Source: Myxococcota bacterium
GTDB taxonomy: Bacteria; Myxococcota_A; SURF-8; G963663525
Reading direction: 5' to 3'
Assembly (NCBI GenBank): GCA_963676915.2
Contig: CAXXVK010000027.1
Span: 1 to 64,000 of the forward strand
DNA: 64,000 bases
This document shows positions 1 to 11,717 of the stretch, one piece after another. The position numbers were made by a program, and so were the translations under genes. Position 1 is the first letter of the stretch, and every line of letters begins with the position of its first letter. The notes under the pieces are model-generated. The model did no database searches, was not told the origin of the DNA, and saw only the letters and a program-made list of their open reading frames with translations.

Positions 1-385
1 TCGATGAAGACGAAATCGACACTGCAAACCAGGTCGTACCGGTGCACGAAATCGGAACGAACGTCGATCAGAGCGGCAACGTTCTGGCCGACATGGATTC
101 GATGACTGTCGGTGTTGAAACCTACGTTGGTGCAGCGGTCAAGATCGAATGGAGGCTTTCGGCGGCACGTCGGAAGACGGCTTCCAGGTCATGCGCTCCG
201 ACGATCCCAATTCGGGGTATGAAGTGATCAATACCGAGCTCGTACCGGTCAACGATACAGGATTGTACTGCTTCGTCGATGTATCCGCACCGGCCTGTCA
301 GCGGGTGTATTACATCATCCGAACCGTGTTCGACAACGGATGTACGGAAGATACCGAATCCTTCTTTGTCGAAACCGATTGTTAG
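1..385 (+). CDS. 3' end of a secreted/surface protein with a C-terminal Fn3-like domain (5'-truncated, apparent frameshift ~150)
   Basis: Frame 3 reads DEDEIDTANQ...VKIEW and continues in the ORF 149..385 frame as EAFGGTSEDGFQVMRSDDPNSGYEVIN...YYIIRTV if one G is restored at tggag; Fn3-like W..GF.V.RS...GY..I...Y.F.D...YY pattern. Confidence 0.6.
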
Positions 386-466
386 GAGGTGACCATGAAA
401 CGCACGAATCAAAATGGCTATCGGGTTGCCTCTTCAATCGAAACGGGTTTTCCAAAGGGGGTTCGC

Positions 467-3400
467 ATGCATCCCGCGACTTCAACCTTCGCGATGAAAA
501 GCCTACTGGCCTTCGCGATGATTCTGGGAGCGCTGATCCTGCTTCCCGCTCCCAATGCCTATGCCGTCGGTGAGGCGGATACGGCTTTTCACATGTACGT
601 TCCTGCCAACGAGTACAGCAGTTCTCGTATTGTCGGCGTGATCGTCACTTCACTCAACCCCGGTATCACCACCGTGGATATCGTCGATGAAGACTGGGAC
701 GACAACGACAGCGACGACACCTACCGCGATGTCGAACTCGCCTACGGGCAAAGCATGATCGTCTTCATCCGGGAAGGTACCGTCAACGACGACAGAGGCG
801 GCAAAAGCGATGGTGACTTTTTCACCATTACATCCGATCGCCCCGTCATTGCCCTGATGATCACGACTTCCGACTGGCAGCACGACTGGGTGCCTTCGGA
901 CGCCATGGGCGGTATCGGGCAGAGCTTCATCGTCTGGGCACCGCCGGTTTCCTCTTCTCCGACCGACATCAATGTCTATGCGTACCATGACAATACCGAA
1001 GTATTCATCGAGCGCATTTCCAACGCGTCGAAAACCACGTCGGGACGTACAACCGTAGACGTCGAACAGCCGGAACTGATTATTCAAAACATTCTGCACG
1101 AAGGCGAAGACCTGATCTTCACCAAACGGCAAGGCTTGGACGCGCTGATATCGGGTCACAGTTACCGGGTTCGAGCTTCGAAACCCGTTACCGTGCAGTA
1201 TGGTGCATTAGGCTCCAAGGACGGTAAAGTCCAGAACACGGCCCGTGACGGTGGTGGCTTCATCACCAGTAACACGGGTGCATCCACGGGTTCTCTGTAT
1301 TACTTCATCGTTCCGCACAACGAAGGCAACTATCACGAAAAAGAACTCCGTGTCATTTCCTTCGAAGATGGTGCCGAATGCGTGCTGTCCGGCAAAAAGT
1401 ATTCCACCGACGACTGGTCCGAACTGTATGCCTTCTCCTTGGATGAGTGGCAGACGGCGGATTTCGTCGGAAAAGACGATGAACTGTTCAAAACCCACCA
1501 TATTTACAAGTTCGAGGTAACCAACCAGGCCAACGTGGCGCTGTTCGAAGCCAACTGGATGGAAACCGGTTCGTTCGGTACCTCCGACTATGCTTCCTGG
1601 GTCAGCAGTTCGGAAGGTCGTGGCGCGGGCCGGGAATTCATGGCCTATATGGGACCGCCGGGTGACGTAGACCACGTGGTCATCTCCTGCGACGATTGCT
1701 GTTCGGGTCAGTGCAACAAAGATCAGCGTGCCCATCTGTATGTCGCTGCCGATGAATGGGACACGGAAGTGCATGTTTTTTATCCCTTCCAGGATAACGT
1801 GTTCGATTACACCGTCACCATTCCTGCGGACGAGTATCACATCTTCGCCATCGGAGCGAACCTCTGGAACCAGATGAACGACCCCGACGCAGGCAAGCGA
1901 CCGTATCTCCGCTTGGAAGCCGATTATCCCGTCTCGGCGGTTTCCTCCAACCACAACGATAACTGGTTGGCTTTTGCCAGCGGTCGCGGCATTCCGAACC
2001 TTGAAGTGGTTCTGGAAGGCGGTGGCGAGATGGCCTGCGAGTCGGATGGATTGCCGCTGTACGTCACCGTTCGCAACCCAGGACTCAACGACGTGGAAAG
2101 CTCCGACTTCACCTTGCAGCTTCAACCCGGTCTGAGCTACGACTCCGGTTCCGGAGATTTTGGAAGTCCCACCGATTCCGGTGAAGACACCGAATTGGGT
2201 GTGAATTTCGTCAAATGGTTCATCGGTACGATTCCGCCGGGCGAAGAAAGAACCCACGAAGTTTTGTTGGCTCCCGACTGCTCGGACATCGACGTCTGTT
2301 TCTCGGGGATCGCCCGCGTACCGGAAGCCCGTGGCAAAGCGCGAGGCATTTACCGCCGCTCGATGGGGTCTTCCACAGTATCTCTGACGATTTCGGACGA
2401 AACCACGGCCAACTACGGCCTGATCGCCCAGTTTAGACCGAACATCACGGTCGTTTCGGCAGAGTCCACGGAAGTCGAACACGAAAGCGTCATGCTGTTC
2501 GGTGCATCGACAGCTACCAACAAACTGTACAAACTGGACATTTACAATGCGGAGCATACGGCGGTCAGTTCGCTTTATTACGGCGACGGCACCTCCGGTT
2601 CTCCCGTGATCGAAGGCCTGGCCTGGCTGGAAGACGGTCGGCTGTTCGGTATCGACAATGCCGCTCGCCAGACGCATCTTGTCGAAATCGATCCTTCGAA
2701 GGGTAGTGTGTCCCGCATTGCCGATCTCGGCATGGTCTATCCGCAGCAGATCGAAGCCTTTTCCTCCCATGTGGATGGTTTCCTGTACGCGGCCCAGGAC
2801 ACTTCGGGCGACGATACCCTGCCGGAAGTGTTGAAAATCGACCCCAATACAGGAGTCATCGCAGAGGAAATCCACCTGGACGAGAATTTCAACGCCGTCG
2901 GAGGCATTTCCTTCAATCGAGACAGCGAAGAGGATTCTTACTACTGCGAACCGCCTCCCGACGTATCGTTCGTCGGTATGTTCTCCTTCGCCAGCGACGT
3001 AACGTTCAAAGACGACGATGGCGACGGCTTCTCCGAAACGCTGGTATTTTCCGCTGCCGAAATGAAAGGCGTGGACGTTCCCGTATACGATCCTTTGCGC
3101 GACGTGATGGATACCTTGGTGCTGGAAGTTACCGGTTTCGAACTTGATCGAAACAGTAGGCAACGGTCAGGCGTTCGAGTTGGCGGGAACCGTTATCGAC
3201 GACGGGTTGATCCTCAAAGATGCCACGGGTATCGAGTTGCTGAAACTGGACCTGGCCCTGGAAGGTGGGTACATCGAGTTCGACGGCGAATACGGAACCG
3301 TGATGGCTCATGTGAAAAACCCGACCGTCAACAACATGTACTTCTCGGTGCTGTTGGATTACTTCTTCCGTCAACCGCGAGACTGGCCGACCCCGATGGT

Positions 3401-3536
3401 CTTCACTCTCCAGGCTGCGACGCCGATCCTCGATCGCGTCAATGAAGGCGAAGTGATTCATACGACCGTTTCCGGTACGGTCAAGACCGAAGGTGGCAGC
3501 TTCGCGGCCGCACCGGTCTGTGAATCGGATCTGTAA
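467..3536 (+). CDS. Large secreted multidomain protein (IgGFc-binding-like N-terminus, DUF11/CARDB-like domain, beta-propeller-like region); apparent frameshift ~3145
   Basis: ORF 389..3445 carries a signal peptide (KSLLAFAMILGALILLPAPNAYA) and SDRPV/ASKPVTVQY repeats; sequence becomes garbled after GFEL and resumes in ORF 3144..3536; start uncertain (395/467/494). Confidence 0.65.
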
Positions 3537-3564
3537 ATCGGATTATAAGGTACAAGATTCCTTC

Positions 3565-3593
3565 AAAGGGACGCCGAACGGCGTCCCTTTTTT
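3565..3593 (+). terminator. Intrinsic terminator
   Basis: AAAGGGACGCC-GAAC-GGCGTCCCTTT followed by T-run, 30 nt after the stop at 3536. Confidence 0.85.
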
Positions 3594-3696
3594 GCGGGAT
3601 AATATCAATAAATTTAAGTGGTACGTATCGAAGGACGGGGATTGCATCCGGCAAAGATCGGAGGTGAAAATGTCCCTCCGGTCTTCCGTCTGTGAT

Positions 3697-4175
3697 TTAC
3701 CGGCTCACACCACCGAAAACGTTCCGTCCGGCGGACTCCAGATCCTTGACCATCTCGACGTGGGGAATGTCAGCCTCCATGAACGGTGCGCCCTGTTCCC
3801 GATAGCCCACCGAAGCCCAGAAAATCCTTGCTTGGGCTTGGGAATGCAAGGTCAGGTGGACGATACCTTTTTCCATGGCCCAGGATTCCATACAACGTAC
3901 CAGAGCCTTGCCAACCCCTTGACGTCGATACGGTTTGAGTACCGCCAACCGGCCCAATTTGGCCGAATCGCCCTTGCGGACCAGTCGCGAGGCTCCCACC
4001 GGTTCGCCATCCACCAGCGCCAGAAAATGAGGGCAACGGTCGTCCTCGTCGTCGCGTTCGATGGTCGGATCAACCCGCCTGTTCCTTGACGAAAACCTCA
4101 TATCGTATGGGAAAACGCTAGTTTTTTTTGTTTTTCGTCCACGCATTCGAAGAGCGTGATGGGTTCCGGGCTCAT
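3697..4175 (-). CDS. GNAT N-acetyltransferase (ElaA/YjcF-like); two apparent +1 frameshifts near the 5' end
   Basis: LGRLAVLKPYRRQGVGKAL acetyl-CoA motif, LHSQAQA..FW..VGY, FMEADIPH; ATG at 4175 overlaps the murJ stop; repaired N-terminus MSPEPITLFECVDEKQKKLAFSIRYEVFVKEQAVDP. Confidence 0.85.
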
Positions 4176-5816
4176 GGTTTTCCTCCCGAAGGTTTGGCAC
4201 GGCGTTTCAGCACCAACAGCACTTCGCGGGCTTCCGGCGCTTTCATCGCCAGTAGAACGCCGCCGAAAATTGCCACACAGAAAGGAATCAGCACGGACAA
4301 ACGCAAAGCGGCTTCAAGGCGACCGTCCACCGGATCGGGGAACAGGAGCATGGAAGCTCCCCAACCCGCCAGCGTCATCAGCGCCGTTGCCAGGGATATC
4401 CGTAGCAGCGAGCCGATCCAGGGTTCGCTTTTGAACAGTTCGAGGCGGCGGTTGGACCAGTACAGCAATGCGATAGCCTGAGCCAGCATCTGAAAGACTA
4501 TTGGCCACGGGCGATTCCCCGTTGCTGCATCGGTTCGAGCAACAAAAGGCAGGCCAGTACGTTGACCACCAACGCTACGGCGGCGGCTTTGACAGGAGTT
4601 TTAGTGTCCTTCATGCTGTAAAACGCAGGAACGCAGATCCGTCCCAAGCCAATGAAGACAATCCCTAGCGCATGAAAGAAAAAGGCATCGGCGGTCAGTC
4701 GAACGGAGCGGTCATCGAACAAACCGGACTTGAACAACAACACGATGGCCGGTTCGCGAATCAGCAGCAGTCCCGCCGTAGCCGGAAGGGTGACGAGCAG
4801 GGTCATGCGCAGGGCGAACATGAACGTTCGTTTCATCTCGTCGCTCAGACCGTCCCGCACCTGGGCCGCCAGCGTAGGCAACACGGCGGTGCTGATGGCA
4901 ATCACGAACACCCCAAGCGTAAATTCCGTAAGCCGGGTGGGAAAACTGCAATGCCGCCAACCCGCCTTCCATGTCGAGGTAGGTGGCGATCATCTCGGAA
5001 AGCATCACGTTGAGCTGATAGACTCCGGCTCCCAATGCCGCCGGAGCGAACAGCAGCATCACCTTTTTAACGGCGGGATGACTCCAACCGAACGCGGGAC
5101 GCAGCTTGATGCCCAAACGCCATAAGTAGGGAATAAGAAAGAAAAATTGCAGCGATCCTCCAACCAGCACCCCCACGACGAAGGCCCAGACCGGCTCGGC
5201 TCCGAGCCATGGACCGAGCAGCAAAGCCGAGGTAATGATCGACAGGTTGAGCAACACCGGCGTAAACGCGGGAGGTCCGAAGATTTTGTGTGTGTTGAGC
5301 GCCGCTTGCGCCACGGCGGCGAGACTGATGAAAATCAGGTAGGGAAACATCCAGCGGCAAAGCACCACCGCCCATTGCAACTTTTCGGGGTCCGAAGCGA
5401 AACCTCGTGCGAAAACGTGCTCGACAAGGGGGCTGGCAAACACGATGAATCCCAGCGTCAACAGGGTAACGAAACTCGTAAACATCGTGAACACGAGGGA
5501 AAACACCTCGCTGAATTCCCGCTTTTTCCCGGCGTAATCCACGAATACCGGCAGCACGGCCGCCGACATCGCGCCTTCCCCCACGAGACGCCGGAACAGA
5601 TTGGGCAGCATCCAGGCGATGACATACACGTCCGCGATCTTGCCCGTTCCCAAAAAAGTGGGCAATCACCATTTCTCGCACCAGACCCGCCACGCGGCTG
5701 ATCACGGTGAAAAAGCTCATCAGCCAGGTGGAGCGCAGCAAGGAGCGCTTCAGGCGATCGTCCCCGCCGCGTTTGTCGAGGCTTGACGGGGAATCGGATG
5801 GGGAGCCGTCGCTCAT
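4172..5816 (-). CDS. murJ: Lipid II flippase MurJ (MviN), broken by ~4 apparent frameshifts
   Basis: SRVAGLVRE, LPNLFRRLVGEGAM, P.LLNL, FYSMKDTKTP motifs spread over ORFs 5067..5837, 4712..5665, 4498..4911 and 4172..4489. Confidence 0.92.
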
Positions 5817-6136
5817 ATCAAGGAAATCCCTCCACATGAAAGTACGATTTCAGGAACGAATACAACATCGTTTTACCACGCAAAATCCTTTCGGGGCAAC
5901 ATACAGAGCCGTTGCAGTCAACTCAAGCGTTTCTTTCGAATCCTAGCTCGAATATTTCATGAAAAACCCGCTGTGAGTTGAAAACGATCGGTCTTTCACT
6001 TGTTTCACGATGTTTTGTTCCCCTACACGGGCGGAAAGTAAAAAGTGCGGATTTGGAATCGACCCATAGGGTCCGATGTCCTCATTCCAGGATGAAAGAG
6101 AACATACGTCTGTAATTTCTAGAAGTTACAACGAGG

Positions 6137-6224
6137 GAGTGGCATGGGCTAGCTGTAGTTTGCCCATGGATTTCGTTTGACCACGGGCACGCGAACGTTT
6201 CACGTCGCGTAGCTTGTGCCATCC
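6137..6224. repeat. Degenerate REP-like doublet (GTGGCA family)
   Basis: GTGGCATGGGCTA...TTGCCCATG, spacer, CACGGGCA...TAGCTTGTGCCAT: two self-folding arms in inverted orientation. Confidence 0.55.
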
Positions 6225-6257
6225 TTTGCTTTCATTTTCGACGAACCCCTTTGCAAC

Positions 6258-6460
6258 GGGGTTGCATCATAAAAAATAGCGACTTTCGTAAAATCCTCTT
6301 TTTTCGTAGCGGCGAGGCGTAAGCCCGCCGTTTTTGCCTTTTGAAAGTTGCTTTTATACCCCCAATCTCCCTTTTCGGCGGGCTTACGCCTCGCCGCTAC
6401 AACCAAATGAATGAATGCTTCAATATTATTGGCCAATTCGCGCCATTTTGTGATGCACCC
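6258..6460. mobile_element. MITE family A copy 1 (203 bp) with internal GTAG-REP doublet
   Basis: Near-identical reverse complement of 27288..27488; right TIR ATTTTGTGATGCACCC, left TIR slightly degenerate; 9-bp direct repeat CTTTGCAAC at 6249..6257 and 6461..6469; perfect internal 25-bp inverted repeat 6306..6330 / 6376..6400. Confidence 0.9.
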
Positions 6461-6556
6461 CTTTGCAACCTGATCAATTCCTATTGAATGCAACCGAAGC
6501 CCCTGATAGTGTCTCTATGGGACTATCACTGTCTATCGGCTGAAAGGAGAGGTTTC

Positions 6557-6832
6557 ATGTCAAGCCGAAACGACCAGGAAGAAAAAAATCAGAACGCTGC
6601 CGACAACGCAGAAAACGTTCGTGATTCCGAAGAGATACAAAACGAAAAAACCACCGTTCCCAAAAAGAAACGCTGGCTTCGAGTGGGCATCGGCGTAGGC
6701 GTGGGTGCTCTTGTAGGATTCGGCTATTACTATTTCGTGGGTTGTTCGTCGGGCGGATGTCCGCTGACGTCCAACCCCGCGATTACGACATCCTACGGTG
6801 CTCTTCTGGGTGGAATTGTAGCGTCAGGCTGA
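6557..6832 (+). CDS. Small membrane protein, DUF6132-like
   Basis: GALVGFGYYYFVGCSSGGCPLTSNP motif; RBS AGGAGAGG before ATG 6557. Confidence 0.75.
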   Translation: MSSRNDQEEKNQNAADNAENVRDSEEIQNEKTTVPKKKRWLRVGIGVGVGALVGFGYYYFVGCSSGGCPLTSNPAITTSYGALLGGIVASG

Positions 6833-6892
6833 TGATCGGGATGAATGGGACTGGTGACGGACCGACAGCAAGTGGAATCGTGAGGTGATATC

Positions 6893-8049
6893 GTGACGTT
6901 GGATGTGATGGGCATTTTCATAGCGGGGCTGTTGACGTTTCTGACTCCCTGCGTCCTTCCGCTGATTCCGATTTATCTCGCGGCGTTGGCGGGGTGGCGA
7001 TCTTGGCAGCTTGAGCGCTGCGGGTCGGGGACAGCTTTTGTTCCGTTCCCTGCTGTTTTCGGTGGGATTTCTGCTGGTATTCACTTTGATGGGACTGACC
7101 GCCTCGACTCTCGGTGGTTTTCTGGTCGACCACAAGGCCGCGATTCAACTGGCGACGGCGGTTTTGATTCTGCTGTTCGGGCTGAAATTCATCGGTTTCA
7201 TTCAAATTCCCCTGTTTCGATCGGGTTGTACGAGCCGACGATACTCGCTTCGACACCCGTTTCGGTGCTTTTAATGCCCTCGTCATGGGAGTCCTGTTCG
7301 CCGCCGGGTGGTCGCCCTGCGTCGGTCCGGTGCTGGGATCGGTCCTCACCTTCACCGCCTCGGCCACCAGCGATCCATTGACCGGTGCAGCCTATCTTAC
7401 GGTTTACGGTGCAGGATTCGCCCTGCCTCTGGTACTTACGGCAGTGTTCGCACAGGCGGGTGTAGGATTCCTTCGTAAAATCAACCCGTTTCTTCCCAAA
7501 ATCGAACGCGCTATCGGGGTCTTGCTGTTGGCGGTTGCCGTCTACCTGTTCGAAGGTCTGCCGCTGGGTGCTTCCCTAGCGGAAGACGCCGCCGGAACAC
7601 CCTCTCGGGATTTCACGCTGCACGAGGACGGCAACCACTGGCCGGTAATGCTGGAGCTTTACTCCGCCTCCTGCACCGTTTGTGAACGAATGGAACCGGT
7701 CGTCACGGGAATCGCCGGGCAATGCCACGGGAACCAGGTGCGTGTCGTCCAGGTGGACGTATCGAAACCCGAAAATCGACACCTGGCCGAGAAATACCGG
7801 CTGGTGGGCGTCCCCACCTTCCTGTTTCTGGACATCGACGGCGAGGAGGTCGCCCGGCTGGTCGGAGAACAGACCGACACAGCCCTGCTCCAAGCGCTTT
7901 CGGCGCTACGGGGCGAACCTTGCCCTGGCGTCGGAAGTGTTCCCGAACTCGGGGACATCGACTCGGGTCAAGGGGCTGCTTCTTGTGGAGGAGACCATTT
8001 CAATCCCATCGAAATCATGAAAGATTCCGGGGAAAACTGCGATTTGTAG
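6893..8049 (+). CDS. ccdA: CcdA/DsbD-beta transmembrane domain fused to a thioredoxin domain; apparent frameshifts ~6993 and ~7216
   Basis: FLTPCVLP and WSPCVGP motifs; C-terminal YSASCTVC...GVPT thioredoxin; removing one G and one T joins three ORFs. Confidence 0.82.
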
Positions 8050-8457
8050 AAGCGGATACGTTATCCGGTAAAAATCACGATGAACCACCTTTGGTTTGGG
8101 GAAAACGTGCGGATGGGATGCAAAAACCGTCCGTTGTTCATCGGAATGTGCTACTTTACGAATTTCAAATCGTTCCCTTGCAAATTTCCTTTAATCTCGC
8201 GTAATTCCAATAAGTTATCTCATCTTTCAGTATTTTTTACCGGACACTGCGTCACAACGTGATTCTTGAAAAGAACGTGGTTGATTGTCGGTTCAGATCT
8301 TCCAACTTGCGATTTTTCCTGCAAAAAATACAATGATTCCAAATCTTCAAGTCGTTTTCGTTCCATTTGATTGATTTTTTGAATAATGGTACCCTTTCTC
8401 TATTCTATATTCCTATTATGCGTGAACCTTGCCGTGCAGGCGATAAGGAGATGGGGT

Positions 8458-11400
8458 ATGAAACAGGCTGTTTTTACAGGAATTCTGGGATTCTTTCTGA
8501 TTCTTTCGACCGCTTGCGGCAGCAGCGATTCCTCGAACGATCCGGCAACGGAGATCAGGAATTTGTGGACAACGAGGAAACCGTCCCGGCTGACGAAGAC
8601 CCGGACGCCACGGACGACGAGGAAGCGATTCCCGGCGATGAAGAAATCACGCACCAAGTGACTTTCGATTCTCGGGGAGGAAGCGACGTAGAAAGCCAGC
8701 AGGTGCCCCACGGAAATTTAGCAGAAGAACCGGAAGATCCCGAAAAATCCGGCTGCGGTTTCACGGGCTGGTTCGAAGATGAAGAGTTGTCGGACGAATG
8801 GGATTTTGCGGCCGACATCGTAACCGCCGATACAACCCTGTACGCCGGATGGAACTGCTCGTCCATCCTGGTCGATGCCGGCGAGGACATGGTGGTCTGC
8901 GACATTGCGGACGCCATCGCTACCGACGCCAATGCGGAGAATTACAGTTTCCTGGAATGGAAAACCTCGGGAGATGGCACGTTTTCGGATTCTTCGGAAC
9001 TTTCGGCGGTGTACAGCCCGGGAAGTTCGGATCGCCAGAGCGGACACGTCACCCTCACCCTGACGGCTTCTCCTTCCCAGACCGGGGAAGGTTCCGTTTC
9101 CGATTCGGTAGACATCGACATCACCCCATCTCCGGAGATTTCCACCGAAACCATCGAACCGCTTTGTCCGGGAGAATCGGTGACACTGAAATCCGTGGCG
9201 TCGAATTATTCGGCGGTGGAATGGAAAGCAATCAACGGTAAAGGAACGCTCACCGATGCGGATCAACTGACAGCCGGGTATGAGCCGTCCGATCTGGATC
9301 GCTTCCTGGGTTATACGGATTTCGTCGTTCGAGCGACTCCGCTTTCTCCCTGTGACGAGGTCCACGAGGCTCGGGTTCGCGCCACGTACGCCAAGCCGCC
9401 GGAAATCGATGCCGGTTCCGATCAACTTGAAGTCCAGGGCACCTCCACCAACATGCTGGCAAGTGAGCTTCCGGCGGGTGGAAGCGGGATTTGGACCATC
9501 GAAAACGGTCTCGGTGGCGTGCTGGACGATGCCACCGATCCTCAAAGCGGTTTTTCCGGTGTAATCGACCAGTCCTACCTGCTAAAATGGACGGTCACCG
9601 ATGCCAACGGATGCACCCACAGCGAAAGCGTTTCCGTGTCTTTCGAGGTGGCGACTCCGCCTGACCCCTGCAACGGAATGGATATTATCGGTGATATCGA
9701 CGACAACATGTACCGCACGACGGCCATTGGAAATCAGTGCTGGACCCGGGACAACCTTCGAACCACCCGATACGACGACGGCTCGGCCATTCCCAACCTG
9801 GGAGGCAGTCTGGAGTTGTGGGGAACCACGACCACCGGAGCCTATGCCTGGTACAATAACGACGCTTCGTGGAAAGATATTTACGGCGGATTGTACAACT
9901 GGCATGCGGTGAACCACGGAAATCTGTGTCCTTCCGGCTGGCATGTACCAACGCAACCGGAGTTTCAGGAAATGTCCGACTACGTTTACAACGTTCATAT
10001 GAATTACCGTGGAACCTTGCTTAAATCCTGCCGCCAGGTCGATTCTTCGCAGGGAGGCGACTGCGCCACCACGGAACACCCTCGCTGGGATGCAAGTCAG
10101 TATGATGGAATCGATGCCGTGGGATTCTCCGCAATTCCCGGAGGGCGAATCGTCAATCCGAATGTTACTGTGTTTGAATATAAAAACATTGGATTAGACT
10201 GCTATTTCTGGACATCGAGCGCTGATTCCCAAAACGGAAATCCTTTCCCGGTGGGAATGCATGCGGACTCACGGAATTTCGAAATCTGGAGCGGAACGGG
10301 CACCGCGCCGATTTATGGCTTTTCCATCCGTTGCATGAAAGACGAGACGGTGGAAACCCGTGCCCCAATCGTCACCACGCATCAAGTCGAGCAACTTCAT
10401 TGGGATACGGCACGAACCGGCGGTACGGTCACGGACGAAGGCATGTCCGAAGTAACGGCTCGCGGAGTGGTCTGGGCGCTGACCACCGAACCCACGGTCG
10501 AGGTGCATCTCGGAAAAACCGAGAACGGCGAGGATACCGGTGCCTACAAAAGCATGATGCGAAACCTGGAACCTGAAAAAACGTACTATATCCGGGCCTA
10601 TGCAACAAATTACTTTGGTACTTCCTACGGTGAATCCGTAACACTCACTACAACGAAATATGTGCCCGAAGTAACCTACCATTCGGTTTCCGACATCACC
10701 GCCACGACAGCCGTAACCGGTGGGACGATCACCGACAACGAAGCCGGGCAAACAGCCTACGCACGCGGACTCGTCTGGAGCAAAACCCCCGAACCTACGG
10801 TCGAGGACCACGAGGGCATGACAGCCGACGGGACAGGGGTCGGGATGTTTTCCTCCACAATGACGGGATTGACGCCCGAGTCGACCTATTACGTGCGGGC
10901 TTATGCACAAAACGAACTCGGAACCGGCTATGCCCAGCAAATGACGTTCGATACACCCGAAGCAGGGGTAGGCGATCCCTGCAACGGTCAGACAACAATG
11001 CAAGATACACGTGACAGCAGGGAATACGGTATCGTTCAAATCGGCAATCAATGCTGGATGGACGAGAACCTCGCCTATCTTCCCGACGTGTCGCCGTGGG
11101 AGGAAATCACGGATGCCGGTGAACGATATTACGTTTCCGACTACCGGGGAACCGATGTTTCGGAAGCAGTAAATACCGACTATTACAAGCAATACGGTGT
11201 GCAATACAACTGGTTGGCAGCTCTCGACGCCTGCCCGTCCGACTGGCATCTTCCATCCAAAGCTGATTGGGAAACACTGCAAGGTGAAATGAGCGGCGGG
11301 TTCGACTGCGGTGGCAACCAGCTAAAATCCTGCCGAACCGTCGATTCGCCTCTCGGTGGAAGCTGCAACGTCACCGAGCATCCCCGCTGGGAAAGCTCTC

Positions 11401-11645
11401 CGACGGTGGATCCCCTGTACGGTACAGACGACTATGCCTTCCACGGTCTTCCCGGAGGATACATTTCCTCCTTCAGCACCAACAGCGGGTGGTTCGTCCT
11501 ACCGGGCCGACACAGCCATTGGTGGACCTCTACCGATGATGAACCGAAAGCCTATGGCATGAGCTTGAGTTACATGAATTCCTACTGGCATATGACCACA
11601 TACCCCCAAAGCAACGGTTTGAACATCCGCTGCGTCAAGGATTGA
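8458..11645 (+). CDS. Large lipoprotein with InlB B-repeat, Ig/PKD-like repeats, two FISUMP (Fib_succ_major) domains and two Fn3 domains; apparent frameshift ~8543
   Basis: Lipobox LSTAC after ATG 8458 (RBS AAGGAG); VTFDSRGGS..FTGWF...LYAGW; IGNQCW..NL, YNW.A, CP..WH.P and IRC(M/V)KD each occur twice; YY(I/V)RAYA.N..GT.Y twice. Confidence 0.85.
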
Positions 11646-11675
11646 ACATGTAACATGTTGGAATAACAAACTTTT

Positions 11676-11710
11676 CATGTAGGGTAGGGCATCTTGCCAT
11701 GCTCTACATG
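11676..11710. repeat. Hairpin between convergent genes (single GTAG-REP-like unit or terminator)
   Basis: CATGTAGGGTA-GGGC-ATCTT-GCC-A-TGCTCTACATG. Confidence 0.5.
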
Positions 11711-11717
11711 TTTGTTC

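Noticed and set aside
1208-3163. Long antisense ORFs (e.g. 1208..3163, 22548..24500, 25799..27070, 17200..18438)
   Set aside because: Shadows of real genes caused by GC3 codon bias; no domain signatures
4172-5816. murJ (and nifS, ccdA) as pseudogenes or programmed-frameshift genes
   Set aside because: Motifs are intact, there are no nonsense substitutions once indels are corrected, and indels cluster at homopolymers; sequencing error is more parsimonious
6306-6400. Repeats as a CRISPR array
   Set aside because: Units are inverted pairs, not direct repeats with unique spacers; no cas genes
6200-6493. Near-identical short ORFs at 6200..6493 (-) and 27282..27521 (+)
   Set aside because: They are read-throughs of the MITE, with different starts and ends outside it, no RBS and no transposase motif
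9660-11645. The two FISUMP domains as a DGR template/variable repeat pair
   Set aside because: Too divergent, differences are not adenine-specific, and no RT is in the window
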